Source: a virus. From it: DNA of 64,000 nt. Below are positions 49,496 through 61,770 of this stretch, piece after piece (the stretch's first letter is position 1; each line of letters starts with the position of its first letter). The stretch spans positions 32,001-96,000 of the IMG/VR virus record IMGVR_UViG_3300035001_000008; one strand, given 5' to 3'. The translations under genes and the position numbers were made by a program. The notes below the pieces were generated by a model. The model made no database searches. It saw only the letters and a list, made by a program, of their open reading frames with translations, and was not told the origin of the DNA.

Positions 49496-51846
49496 GGAGG
49501 GAGTAAAGAGGAAATACTTAAATGCCTGAATTTAAAACTGATATGCCTACTCTAGTAATTGACGATAAGACAGATAAGAATAACTGGTTTGCCTTTGTTA
49601 AAGATTATGAAACAATTGGATTTATTTCTTCTCTGCCTGAAGCCGTAGGTAAAGCTGCTGAAATGGGTATAAATCCTGGTTATCTAGTCAGGTTAAGTAA
49701 TCCAAATCTACAGACTACTTTAGGTATTTCATCTTGCATAGGTTCTTACCAAAATGTAAATAAAAAAGGTTAAGAAAATGCTAGAAGATGCTATTCAACC
49801 ATTTTTAGAAGCTGGGTTTAAGAAATTCCCAACAAACGGAGTATCCAGTAAACATGCTGCGTTTGGTCTGCAAAAGATAATCAGAGATTCACAAGGTACT
49901 AAATACTTTGTCACTGTTTACGTTTATGACTTCTCAAGCATCTCAGATTACCCTAATCCAAATAAAGCAAGTTTTAGTTTAAGTTCTCACTTTGATTCTG
50001 AATTGTTAGGCAGTGATCAAGTAGAAATTAATACAACTGTTGATTCTCCTAAACACGCTATAGAAACCCAAGAAAAACTATGGGTAGCTCTGCAAGGTAA
50101 ATATTATGAAAGGAATTAAGTGAATGAAATCTTGCCATGACTGCCGACATTGCGCTTACAAGTTTTACCACGCTACACGCGAAGACCTTGAAGATGAATC
50201 AATTGATTGTGCTTTAGACTTCCCCACTTCACTAACTGAATCTCAATTTGAATCCGCTATCGCTTCTGAACACTGGCATACTCGTTTAGCTACAAATTGT
50301 CTTAAGTTTGAAGAGAAAAATCCTTATTTGCGTAAGCCGACGCCTTCCCTTTTAGAACTTTATTAGAGGAAATTAAAATGACACAACTGATTTATCAAAT
50401 TGAGGGAGAATCTACTACATATTCCAGTGACAGTAGGAAATTTACTCAGTATGAATTCCCTAATAATGTAGAGGTGTTTGACCTAGGTATATTTCAAAAA
50501 CATCCTACAAGCCTTGAAGTTATATTTAGACTTAAATTGATTGCGCTAGCTAGAGACATTAAAGCAAGTTTCAAAGCAGACCACGCTATTAATCTGAGTT
50601 TGAGTTTAGCTTACACTATAGCCGAAATATGGGAAATAAACTCTAGCTTAGGTAGAAAACTAGAATCTGAAATACTAGGCCAAATTAAAGGAAATTGAAA
50701 TGCAATTAGCTAATGGATTGAAGGTTGGAGATGTTTGTTTTTGTGAAGGGAATGATGGTTTACTAAGTGGATTCTTAGCCAGGATTTTAGATATAGATTT
50801 AGATCAAGATGAAGTAGTTATTGAGAATTTAGAAACTAAAAAACAACCAACTATATATAAAGGTCGTTTAGTAACTCTTAATTTTATCAACGCTCAGTTA
50901 ACAGACCAGGTAATTCAAATTGAAAAGTTGCGTGATTCTATTGCAGACATTTTGAATAAGGAATCAAACTAATGAAATCAGTTGCCCGTTTCACTATTCG
51001 CCCTAATGGCGATAAAGATGATTTAATTTTAGGTGGAGTTTCTAGAGATTCACCGCTTAAATCAGGCCGTATCTATGAGATTAGAGAAATATTGGGAGTA
51101 CTTACTATTGTAGATCTAGGCCCATCTGAAATTAAAATTAAGCGTAATCGTACAGGTGCAAGTTGGAACTGTGACATAAACGGAATTATAACTAATGGTC
51201 TAAATTATGCGTTAATGACTGAACAAGACTTTAATGAAAAGGAATCAAACTAATGTTCGGTAAAGACAGGGATGACGGAATTATAATTCTAGCCTTATTC
51301 ATTTTCAGCAGCTTATTTATGTGGTTAGGGTTTTCAATGGCATCAGGTGGGGTATGCAAAACAAGAGCAACACTGCCTTTATTCGCTGAACAGTTGTTTA
51401 TAACTTTTATGGGTGAGAGATAATGTTTGAAAAAGAATTAAATGAACTTAAATCTCAGGCTGTTAATGCAATAAGTGAACGATTAACAGAAGATGATAAA
51501 AGCTTTGCCGATATAGGTGTTGTTAATCTACATCTATGCCATTACCTAGAAGATTTAATCTCTTTACTCGATACGATGCCTATAGCTAAGGTTCATAAAA
51601 TGGTAGATGATTACTACGATTCAATTCAGCCAGATGTAAACGAGTATTAATGAATCAAATTCTAGTCTACCAAGACCGTTGTTTAGTTGGATTTATCGCC
51701 CCTGATATTAACAGGGGTAATTTGTTTTACGGTAACAATCTAACGTTAGCTTTTATTCATGGCTTATCGAAAGTAGAGGCATTAGATAAACTTAGATTAA
51801 ACGGGTATCAGTTTCGTACAGCAGAATCTTTAGCTAATTAAATTAA

Positions 51847-52353
51847 ATGCATTGTAATTGGGTTGATTTAAGTAAATATGATGAGCAATGTACTGAGTAT
51901 GCGAATGAAGTTGATTCACTTAAATTAGGCTTTGTTAGTTCAAGTTATAGAAACCCAAGTCCCCATCGAATCGGAAAATTGGGTGAGTGTATATTCGGAG
52001 AATTATTCAATTTACCTGTTAACTTTGATCTTCATTATCAAGGTGATAACGGAATTGATTTTAAATTAAACGGATGGATTGTAGATGTAAAGTCTACAGT
52101 GTATTGGAAACACCCTGATCTTAAGGAGTTTCCTAACCTGGCTCACGTACCTGATGTGTACGTGTTGGCCGCTATTGACCCTGAGAGGATGCGGGGAAGG
52201 CTTGTAGGCTTCTGTAGTGCGCTTAGGTTGCTGAGTATGCCACCTACTGATTACAAAGGCTTAGGGCGTAGGTACTGGGTAAGCGGGGATGCACTTTGTA
52301 AGGACTGGCTAATATTAGACAACCATTCGATGAAGTATGCCAAAGTAGCTTGA
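51847..52353 (+). CDS. Putative PD-(D/E)XK-type nuclease
   Basis: GKLGE...GDNGIDF...IVDVKS pattern. Confidence 0.5.
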   Translation: MHCNWVDLSKYDEQCTEYANEVDSLKLGFVSSSYRNPSPHRIGKLGECIFGELFNLPVNFDLHYQGDNGIDFKLNGWIVDVKSTVYWKHPDLKEFPNLAHVPDVYVLAAIDPERMRGRLVGFCSALRLLSMPPTDYKGLGRRYWVSGDALCKDWLILDNHSMKYAKVA

Positions 52354-54201
52354 TTAATTAAGGTAGTTGAGGCATACTGAGGGAGTAGTTAAGGGATTGA
52401 TTATATGAGTGTGCAACGCAAAATTATTGAGACAATTGAAGAAAATGACCTAGAGTTAATTATTTACAGTGCCGTCACTTTTATTGGTAGTACTTTTGGG
52501 TATACCCTTAGTTGTAAGGCTTACACTATTAAAACTGAATCAGGTTTTGCTAGATTTGAAAGCGCTAAACAAGAAGGTCTATTTCATCTTAAAAAGAGTA
52601 TAGGAAAATAACTAAATGATTACCACTATTCACCCCGGTTTTACTTATCAGATTGTAGAAAACGGACACACTTTAACAGGTGAAGTTTTAGAGATTAATA
52701 GAACTGCTCAAAATACTTTTACCTATCGCGTTTTATGGTCTGATAATACCGAATCAATTGAAACATCGATTTCACCAAGGACAACTAAATGTACCAACTT
52801 AAATTAATCAACCTCAACACTGGCAATGTTGATAAATCTTTCACTCGCTCAACTAAAGTAGCAGCCAGTAAACTTTTGTTTAATTTAATCAGAAGCAATA
52901 GCCGACAGTTTGATGTAACTGTAACTAAGGATTAATTGGAATGTCTCATCAAATTACTACAGAAGATATTCTAGGGTATTACTCTAACTCAATTGCTAGT
53001 AGCCGTAAGGAAAGGAAGTCTTTAGCTATCGGGGTTACTCCTACCTGTGAGAAAGGGTTGATTTCTGAATATGTTTTACTGTCTCAGGGTGTAATTGTTC
53101 TTAGAACTAAGGATATTAATGAAGCGGTAAACGCTTACAATCAACTTTAATTTAAGGATGTTATGCCTGATAAACTTGATTTCAATTCACTAACTCAAAC
53201 TCAAATTGACTGCCTATGTGCAATTGCTTTTGGTGGTTCTCAAGTATGGCCTAAGCAAACCTTAAACTTCTTAGTTGATAAAGGTCTGATTGAACATCAC
53301 CCTATTAGAGATGGTGTCTTTACTACTCATACTTACGAAATGCCTAGTCACGTTCACATTCAATTTTGTGAATGGTGTTCTGATACTTATACTGAGGGAG
53401 AATGATGAAGCTGAATGTTAAACCTAAAATAATACTCAACGTAAAACCTAAGATGAAAAATGAAGTGATTATTTCATATTGGAATGAAGACATTATCAAA
53501 GTAGAGTGGTTGACAAAAATAGGGCAAGACTATATTAAAAAAGTTGTGGCCGATAACTCAGACATATTACTTCCTACAAGTCTTGTTTCTTCTGATGCAA
53601 ACGTTTGCTGTTTTGGTATTTCTAAAGACTACTACTTAGAAGAGGTAGTTCAAGCCATAGAACTTCAGGCACCGGATGATGTGACCGTTATTTATAACAA
53701 AGGGAATTAACTAAAATGTCTGTAAAAGAAACTGCTGACAAAATTAAATCTAAGTATGGTTCAAAATCAAATATGCCTAGCTATGCTCAGGTATTGAGTG
53801 AACTTAAAATAGGTTTAGGTGAATACCTGTTAGCTGTTGAATGGTTAGGCTGGGATTAACTTCACAAAACAACCGCTTAAGTTTACGTCAACTTTATTTA
53901 ATGTTAGATATACTTTAGAAGTACTGAAGGAGAAAGGAATTATGAGTTCTAGTCTTGAGTCAAGTCTAAAACCCAACGCTCCAGCTAATTCAAGGTTTTT
54001 AACTAATACCGAACACCAAACTTTAGAAGATTACTTGGCCGCTGTTTCAGATCATGACATTGTTAATGAAATATTCCGTAGTAAGCCTGAAGAATTGATT
54101 ATGTTAGACGAAGCATACTCTCTAAAAGGAACTTTAATACCTGGACATAAAGCTGTGTTTAGACGGTTTGTTTAATTAACCCATCTAACCCTAAACACTT
54201 C

Positions 54202-54273
54202 ACCTCTAGCCTAAAAACTAGGGGTTTTTCTTTACCTTAACTTTATCTAATGCTAGACGACAAGCTATATAAT
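54202..54273 (+). promoter_or_regulatory. Terminator-operator-class B promoter junction
   Basis: ACCTCTAG-CCTAAAAA-CTAGGGGTTTTT, then AACTTTATCTAATGCTAGAC, with TATAAT 17 nt after ATCTAA. Confidence 0.65.
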
Positions 54274-55621
54274 AGTCGTATAGCAAGCAGGACAGGGAAA
54301 TGAAAACAGCTTACGCATCCTTTAACCATAACGCTACTCATTCAGATGAGTTTTTAGTTACTGAAGCTTATATGTCTGAACTGGGTAAGCAGTATGCCCT
54401 TGAAGGTAAGTCTTTACCTGTTAAAGTGAATCTACCAGGTAGACCCTTTCCCTTTCACATCAAGCGTTCTAGACACGAATGGGCCTGTGCTTTCACTGAT
54501 AGCTATTTTGCAACTAAAAAGGACTTAAGTAAATGAAATCTAAATTTGGTATTCACAATTACAACTTAAACGGTTTAGATTCACTTGAAATTTTAAGGCT
54601 TGCTGTATATCAGCAAAAGTTAGCTAATGATTACATTGCTAAGCTTGAATCTCAGTTAGATGAACTATTGGATAAGGATTAAATTAAATGCAAGTAACAT
54701 TTAAGCATGGTAATTCTCAAACTGTTTCAGAAATACCTGAATCTGATTGTGAGGATGTTACCCTTAATTTAATTAAAGATAAGGCTAGAGAAATTAAATT
54801 GAGTTGTGGTGTAAAAGTTAGTTGGGAAATTGTGAAATGACAAAGATTGTTTATGAAATATGGATACGCAATCAGAATAACCCAGATTGGCGCAAGATGG
54901 ATCAAACAAGAGATTCAATGCAGTCTGCCCTAAGTCTTTCTTCCATTATGGAAAAGAAAGGGTTTGAAGTAGATATACGTGAAGTGTCACTATGAAACAA
55001 CCAATCTACGTTGTCATATATGATCCTACTTTTCCAGGTGTGAATAGGCTTTACTTAAACGACTCTAACCAATGGGTACAATGCTTTAATGATGCTGCTA
55101 CATTCTATGATGGGGAATCAGCCAGTACCGCTAGGGATGCGCAAATAAGGACTATAAAAAATAACCCTAATCCAACTATCAAGAATAATATTGCTTCAAT
55201 TAAGGCTAGAATTTTTATTAAAGATGTAGCCGTTGAATCTTTTTAATTAAATCCCCTCACACTAACTTTATTAAATCAGAGCATGTCTTTACGTTAGCTT
55301 TGCCTATTGTTAAATAGAGTGAGAGATAATAGATACATACAGCAAGGACACTTAAAAATGAACATTCCTCAGCAGCTAACCAATTCAATCGAAACTTCTA
55401 ATAAAGTAAGAATTGGTAAGACTACCTACGATATTCTTTCAGTGTCTAACACCTTTGGTTTCCTAACCTTTACCATTCAGGCGCATAAGCGCAATCAAAC
55501 TAAATCTTTAATGCAGCAAGATGCTTCTTTTGTTTTAATGACCGACGGCAAACGCTCAACAATGCCTAAGTTTGTAACCCCTGAGTTTATCTAACTTTAA
55601 GCGCCCTAAGGCGCAATTAAT

Positions 55622-55650
55622 AAACCCCTCTAGATAACTGGAGGGGTTTT
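55622..55650. terminator. Probable bidirectional terminator between convergent ORFs
   Basis: AAACCCCTCTAG-ATAA-CTGGAGGGGTTTT. Confidence 0.7.
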
Positions 55651-55932
55651 AAGTTTAAGGAATATCAATCATTTCAGCTACACCACGTAAGATAGCAGCA
55701 CACTTAAACCGCCATTCAGTTAAGCTGAAAATCCACATTAAACCGGCAGGGTCAGTACGCCACCATTCATCTTGCACAGCTTTATAAAAATCAGCGATAA
55801 GCTGTTTATTTAACTCAGCTTCATTGCCTAATTGTTGCCAAACATTAGATTCATTTTGCATAGGTAATCCTTTAATTTATGGGCATAGCCTGTATAATGT
55901 CATATAATTATTATATAGCATTAAATACTTGA

Positions 55933-56787
55933 ATGAAGTATACGGAAGATGTGATTAAAGAGTTTTGTCAGGAGAATGGCTTAACCTTTAATGGGATTGT
56001 TTCAAAGCAAGGTACTAACCAACTTATTAGAAAAGTTGACGTAACATGCCATTGTGGGCACCGATACGACATAATGCCCACAATGCTTATAAAATCTAAA
56101 GTGTCGTGCAATAAGTGTAAATATATAAAAGTTAGAACGACAAGTGCTAGTGATATACAGCAATTAGCTGAGGATAGAGGGTATACATACGTAAAAGAGG
56201 TTAGTCTTAACCGCCGTAGATTTATAGACTTAGTTTGCCCATCTAAGCATGAAGTAACTCTTAGAGTTGATCATTTTGTGAGCGGTAGTGGTTGTGGATA
56301 TTGTAAAAAGAACGTCAAACATTCCTATGAGTTTGTTAGACAAACTATAGAGTCCGAGGATGGATACACGCTTCTATCAACCGAATATATTAATGAACAC
56401 ACACCCCTGTTAGTAGAGTGTCCCAAAGGACATACATGCCAACCTAACCTTTCAAATTGGGTAAAAGGTAATAGATGCTCTACTTGCTCTGGTGCAAATT
56501 TTACACTAGCCCCTGCGTCTGTTTATTACGTTAGGTTTGACACTAAATTGGGGCCGATGTATAAAATAGGTATCACCAGTCATAAAAACGCCGAAGATAG
56601 GTTTTACCGTGAAAATATACCTTTTAGAGTTCTATCGGAATCTAGGTATATGTCTAGAGAATTTGCATTGTTGGAAGAACGCAGTATCTTAAATAAATAC
56701 GAAAAATTTAGATATAAAGGAGAACCTTTACTCTTATCTGGCAGCACTGAACTATTTACAAAAGATGTATTAAATCTAGATGTCTAG
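55933..56787 (+). CDS. Homing endonuclease: three Zn-finger (CapR-like) repeats plus a C-terminal T5orf172-like GIY-YIG domain
   Basis: C.CGH...C..C, CP..H...GC..C, CP.GH...G.RC..C; VYYVRF...YKIGIT...RF...GSTELF. Confidence 0.85.
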   Translation: MKYTEDVIKEFCQENGLTFNGIVSKQGTNQLIRKVDVTCHCGHRYDIMPTMLIKSKVSCNKCKYIKVRTTSASDIQQLAEDRGYTYVKEVSLNRRRFIDLVCPSKHEVTLRVDHFVSGSGCGYCKKNVKHSYEFVRQTIESEDGYTLLSTEYINEHTPLLVECPKGHTCQPNLSNWVKGNRCSTCSGANFTLAPASVYYVRFDTKLGPMYKIGITSHKNAEDRFYRENIPFRVLSESRYMSREFALLEERSILNKYEKFRYKGEPLLLSGSTELFTKDVLNLDV

Positions 56788-56788
56788 A

Positions 56789-57283
56789 TTATTCTTTTTC
56801 GTCTAAACTCTGTAAGAGAGTATCAATACCCCAGGCATGATCCATTTTCTCTAAAGCTGAACTGCTTACCTTATCGTAAACCTCAATCAGTTTAAGCATT
56901 TCTTGGGGCTTAAGATCTTCTACATCAATAGTAGTAAGCCATTGCTTAGCGAGGGAGTGCATTGAGTCTGAAATCTCCCACAGGCTCTTACCAAGCTTGT
57001 AGGTACACTCTCTGATGTAATCTACTTCCTTAGCGTGTTCTACCTTTTTAAGATAGAGAATGGTAGCGTCTAAACCATCCTTAAATGCTGACAACCTACG
57101 CCATTTGACTAGCGTTTGCTGTGACATATTAATACGCTTAGCCACCTCTTTATCAGTAATCCCTGGAGTACTGGCTAAGTAAAAAATAGCGTGAATCTGC
57201 TTAGCATTAAGACCTTTACCATTCAAAAATGATAGGTCAGATGCTAAGTCAGTATTTTCTGCTAAATTTTGGTTTTGTGTCAT
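56789..57283 (-). CDS. Putative terminase small subunit (N-terminal HTH)
   Basis: LNAKQIHAIFYL...ITDKEVAKRINMSQQTLVKWRR..AF followed by helical oligomerisation-like segments. Confidence 0.5.
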   Translation of the reverse strand: MTQNQNLAENTDLASDLSFLNGKGLNAKQIHAIFYLASTPGITDKEVAKRINMSQQTLVKWRRLSAFKDGLDATILYLKKVEHAKEVDYIRECTYKLGKSLWEISDSMHSLAKQWLTTIDVEDLKPQEMLKLIEVYDKVSSSALEKMDHAWGIDTLLQSLDEKE

Positions 57284-59292
57284 TAGTTAAATTACTTTTG
57301 GGTAAATTTTACCCTTATCCTATTTCAATCTCACCGTCGTCATCATCAATGATGAATGTAGGCTCATCTATTTCTCTACCCTGTTGCAAAAGGTCTAATG
57401 AATCATTCCAGATACAGGTAGCTAAATCTAGTATAGCGCCTTCACTTAATCTAATTTTATTAGACTTAAGCCCTGCTTTTATCTGAGCAACAGTATCAAC
57501 CATCAGTTTAGTTTTGAACTGATGATTAATTAAAAATAAATCAGTTGGGTTTGATGGTGTCATTGTTTTATTATAGATTAAATAAAAAACCTCTGTTGTG
57601 ATCAGAGGTAGGGAGTTGATTTAATACATATCAAGAACTGTAATGTATCTGTCCTTTGATTTGTCATATATTTCAGCTCCTTCATCAAGTAGATCTCTTA
57701 GTCTACGAGGATGAATCGTTTCAACTTCCAGTGTTTGACCTTTAAGCTTAATTACAAACATTTTCAATCTCCTTTTATTTAAGTGACACAGCCAATTCAG
57801 GTACTATCTCAGTAATCTCAGTTACTCTACTGTCATATTCCTTTTGAAGCGCTTTAAGGCGCTTTGAGGTAGTTAACAAATTAAGTTGAGCTTGTAAGTC
57901 TTCAATCTGCTGAGTAACCGCATCAATACCAGCAGCATTACTCAATTGAATACGTTCAATCTCAGAATCAATATCTTGTTTAATAGAATCTAAATCTGAA
58001 TCAGTTTCAGGCGTAGGTTTAACGTTCTTAAGCCTGATAGTAACACTGCCACCATCCAAAGGAATTTTAGCTTTATCATTCTCAGCCTTAAAAGCTAAAG
58101 CTTCATCAAGTGCCAATTCTTTTTGAAACTTAAATTTAGATTCAAGTTCCTCTAATTGAGATTTGAGTGTAATTAACTGTTGTAAGTTTTCCATTTATTT
58201 CCCTAACTGCATTACTTTACTAGCAAACTGATTAGAGTCCATTGAACTATCTTTTTGAAATTCCCAGTTCAATGTAGAAAACAATTCTTTTTGATGTGGA
58301 GTTAGGCTTTTCTTAATAACTTCAATTACATAAGCAACACCACAATTTTCTTTAGCGGTAAAGCTGATAATTTCAACAGGGGCTACTCCACTAACAACAG
58401 AACCTAAAGGCATTTCACTTTTAACAACTACATCAGTCAGTAAGTGAGTAACGGGTTCCTTTTCACTGGATGCTACATGCTTAACTGATTCAGGGTTAGT
58501 GATTGGATTACCAGATTTAGCCCATGATGATGCATTGCCTTTTACGATGTAGTAACTATCCCCTAAAGGGGTAGCGTTATATCTAACAATGTAAGTATCC
58601 ATTTATTTAATTAGGTAGGGGATCTTGAGAGGTAAACCAGATTGGACTGTATCGATATTTATTTAGAAATAGATTAAGGCAACTTGAGTAAGCTTCATAG
58701 CTGATGTCGCGTTGATTAAAACGTACTCTCTGCCGATTACATTCAATTGCCGCTTTAAGTTCAGCAATCTTACATTTCAATTGGTCAGTACCTTTCAACT
58801 TACCAACCTCATCCTTACATTTTGAATGAGGAAAGTAATTAACTTCCTCAGCGTGTAGAGTATCGTTACCATGCTTGATTGTGATAGAGCCTGATAGCCT
58901 TACGTGAGGGCCAGGGGTAGCACTGGAGGTGTAACGGCCAGTATTAGGCCAAATAGCTTTGTTATCTTCTAGCAAGGACTCATACCATTGCAGGTATAGA
59001 CCTGCTTTCTCTTGGTTGTATCCTTTGATATTGAATACTTCGCGAAGGGGTCTATTAGTCGCTTTAGTGTGCATTACTTTAATAAGTTGATAGGGTAGTT
59101 TGTTCAGCTTTAGTTAAGGGTAGATATTTAAGAAACTCTCTACCAGCTTTCGTTTGCATCAAGTTAGTTTTAATTTGCTTTTGTTCAGCTAAAGGTAGCC
59201 GATAGTAGATGTATTGGACATCAACTACTGAACCTCGGTTATGGATTAAATTTAAGCAGTCTTGCATAGTCCTTTAATGTATCGTCTATTTA

Positions 59293-59351
59293 ATTGTATC
59301 TAATGATTGTCCAATGTGCAACAAAAAACCCTAAGTATTTTACTCAGGGTT
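59293..59351 (-). promoter_or_regulatory. Class A promoter for 59079..59267, preceded by a terminator hairpin
   Basis: Minus strand TTGCAC-N17-TACAAT (59321-59293); hairpin AACCCT..AGGGTT at 59327-59351. Confidence 0.6.
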
Positions 59352-61770
59352 AAAGACAAAGGATTTAATTTAAGTTGATTTAATCTTGGGTATCACTCTC
59401 TACATCGTTTTCATCAGAGGATTTAGAAAATAGAGAGACTACACCTCCAGCCCAAATACTTAGACTTAACAGGTCAATACTGTTACCTGCTTTCAAATCT
59501 AGAATCATTTGAATGAATAGGGCTACTAGAGCAATAGCCATTACACTACGGAGAATATACTTAAGTTCCATCCGATACCTTTTGGTTAGTTACTTCAAAA
59601 TTAACAGAATCAAAAGCATCTACATTTTCAATATACCTACCATCGGACATTCTGCGCATCCATAGTTGATTCATTACCCAGATGTAATCTGAATCAGTTT
59701 GCTTAGGCATTTTTCAAATCTACCTTAATTAATAGCATCCGTAGCCCATTTCGATAACGATTTCAGCTAAACGACCTTCACAATCTGCACAGTTTTCAAC
59801 ATTATCACTATCAATAGATGTCAAACATGGGCCTAAGTTTATATCCCTTAGATAACCACCTCCATTAAATCCATCTAAAATCATTACTTCAAAATCGCCA
59901 TCAATTTTATTTAAGCGTTCAATCAATTTAGACTTAAGCATTATTAAAAACTTCCCATATTTCAGTTTGACAAGGTTCAATCTCTATATCTAGCTCAGTC
60001 CCGGCAAAGGTTACTAATTTAAGTGATATTGGATTAATCAAAAACACTCCAGTTTGAGTAAATGCAACTAAAAGACCACCAGACCATTCACCTTGAATAA
60101 AAGCAGGATGTTTACCTGATTCAGTTAAAACATAGATGTCGGGTGGTCTAGGTAAACGCATACCTACAGGCTTTTAATTTGAGTAAGCATCGATTCAGCC
60201 ATGCAAAAAGCCATAGCGGCTAGAGCATCTGTTTGTGCCATAGGAGTAAGGCTAGTATCATATTTATGATTTGCTAGAAGAATCGTCATGCACTCAATAG
60301 CTAAATTGATATGTGCATCACTACCATAGCTGTAATCAGTTTTAGACATTTTTAATTTCCATACACATGCGCACATTCTAGCTTAACTCTGTCTAATATG
60401 CAACACATTCATTCAAGGGTTGTCGATAGGTATATCACGTTATATAATGAGACTCAATTAAATTAAAGGACTCAATGAAACTTCTACACTGTTCTAATTG
60501 CGGCGATATATTCAATTTAGATTTAACTAAAAAATCGTGTAGATGTGGTGAAACTTGGGGCTACTATCAAACTGATGGAGTTAAAGCCGTTGTGTCTGCT
60601 GGTAGGCATACAACGGCTATAGGGTTTACCAATCCTACTTTTCTCTATGCCCGTATAAATCGCCCCAAATCTGGTATGGGAGAACGGTTTACTGCTTTTG
60701 TAATGCCTGAGCACTGCGATAATATTTTCTATTCAAAAGGTGCGTAAGTTCATATAAAGCTTGGGTTTCTTTACCTTAGCTTTATATAATATTAGATAGG
60801 GTGCGTTATTATTTAAGGGTAGATAGAGGAAAGGTAAATGTTCACTAGTGAAACTGTTTCTATTATCTGTGAACTACTTAGTTCTGCTGTTAGCTGGTCT
60901 AACGTTATTCATGGTAGTACACGTAAGGTTGTTAAAGGTGTGATTGTCGATGAATCAGATGTAAAAACTGTTGTAGACCTAGTTGATTTTCAAGTTAGTC
61001 TAACCGACCTAGGGCATTCAGTTCTGATTACCGATAATCGTTGCCCTGACCCACTATAGCTTTTAAGGTGCGTCTACTTAAATAATTTGACTCATGAATA
61101 ATAAAGGAATTAAAAATGTTATCTCCTAACTATTACGCTGGCTGGAACTTCGCTATTTCTCAACTTTCAGTAGATAGAGTAAGCCGTAAGGCTTTTGTTA
61201 AAGGTTTATCAGACTCTATCCAAGTAGAAGAGTATTCAGCGCATGGCAGTGATTACTACAAAGGGTTATCAGATGCCGTAGCCACCTACCAGGCTAATCG
61301 AAAGATTCCCATTAAAGCTGAAATTAAAGTAGTTTCCTTTTTTAGTTAGATGGATACTCAGAAATTTAAGCAGCAACTATGGAATGCACTTAATTCAAAT
61401 TCAGAGTTAGCTTTTCAAATTAAACGATATTCTAGCTTTTACGCTAGAGGTCTTAAATGTAGAGCAATTGAATTTAGTCAAAGGTTTGTTTATCCTGAAG
61501 TAGTATTCAACTGTCTTAAATGGTACGCATCCAATTTACTTGATAAAGATAGAGAGTTTGTTCAAGAATTAGGGGGTGATTTAGAACCTTTTATTCCTGG
61601 TTTCAGTAAGCAACATTATTGGAGAGTTTACAAAGATGAATTAAGTTCAATTCAATGGGGTAAGTTAAAGAAAGAATTTAATGTAATTGTTGGGCCGTAC
61701 ATTAAAGATTAAATCTCAATAAACTAAATAAGTTAAACTAAAGGGATGTATGTTTTAATACGTCCCTTTT

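Noticed and set aside
803-60714. Antisense or nested ORFs in the track (e.g. 803..1120, 3838..4047, 4551..4775, 5202..5387, 6279..6551, 7943..8257, 11710..12174, 12565..12915, 17270..17461, 24055..24360, 25680..25922, 27420..27617, 33404..33622, 36930..37151, 37563..37826, 39160..39492, 40333..40605, 41559..41756, 54717..54905, 60523..60714)
   Set aside because: They lie opposite or inside recognisable genes, lack RBSs and have no family motifs; treated as shadow ORFs.
60739-61055. Three GGTGCGT words resembling the XerC arm of dif
   Set aside because: No matching XerD arm (TTATGTTAAAT) at the right spacing; one copy is simply the end of a coding sequence.
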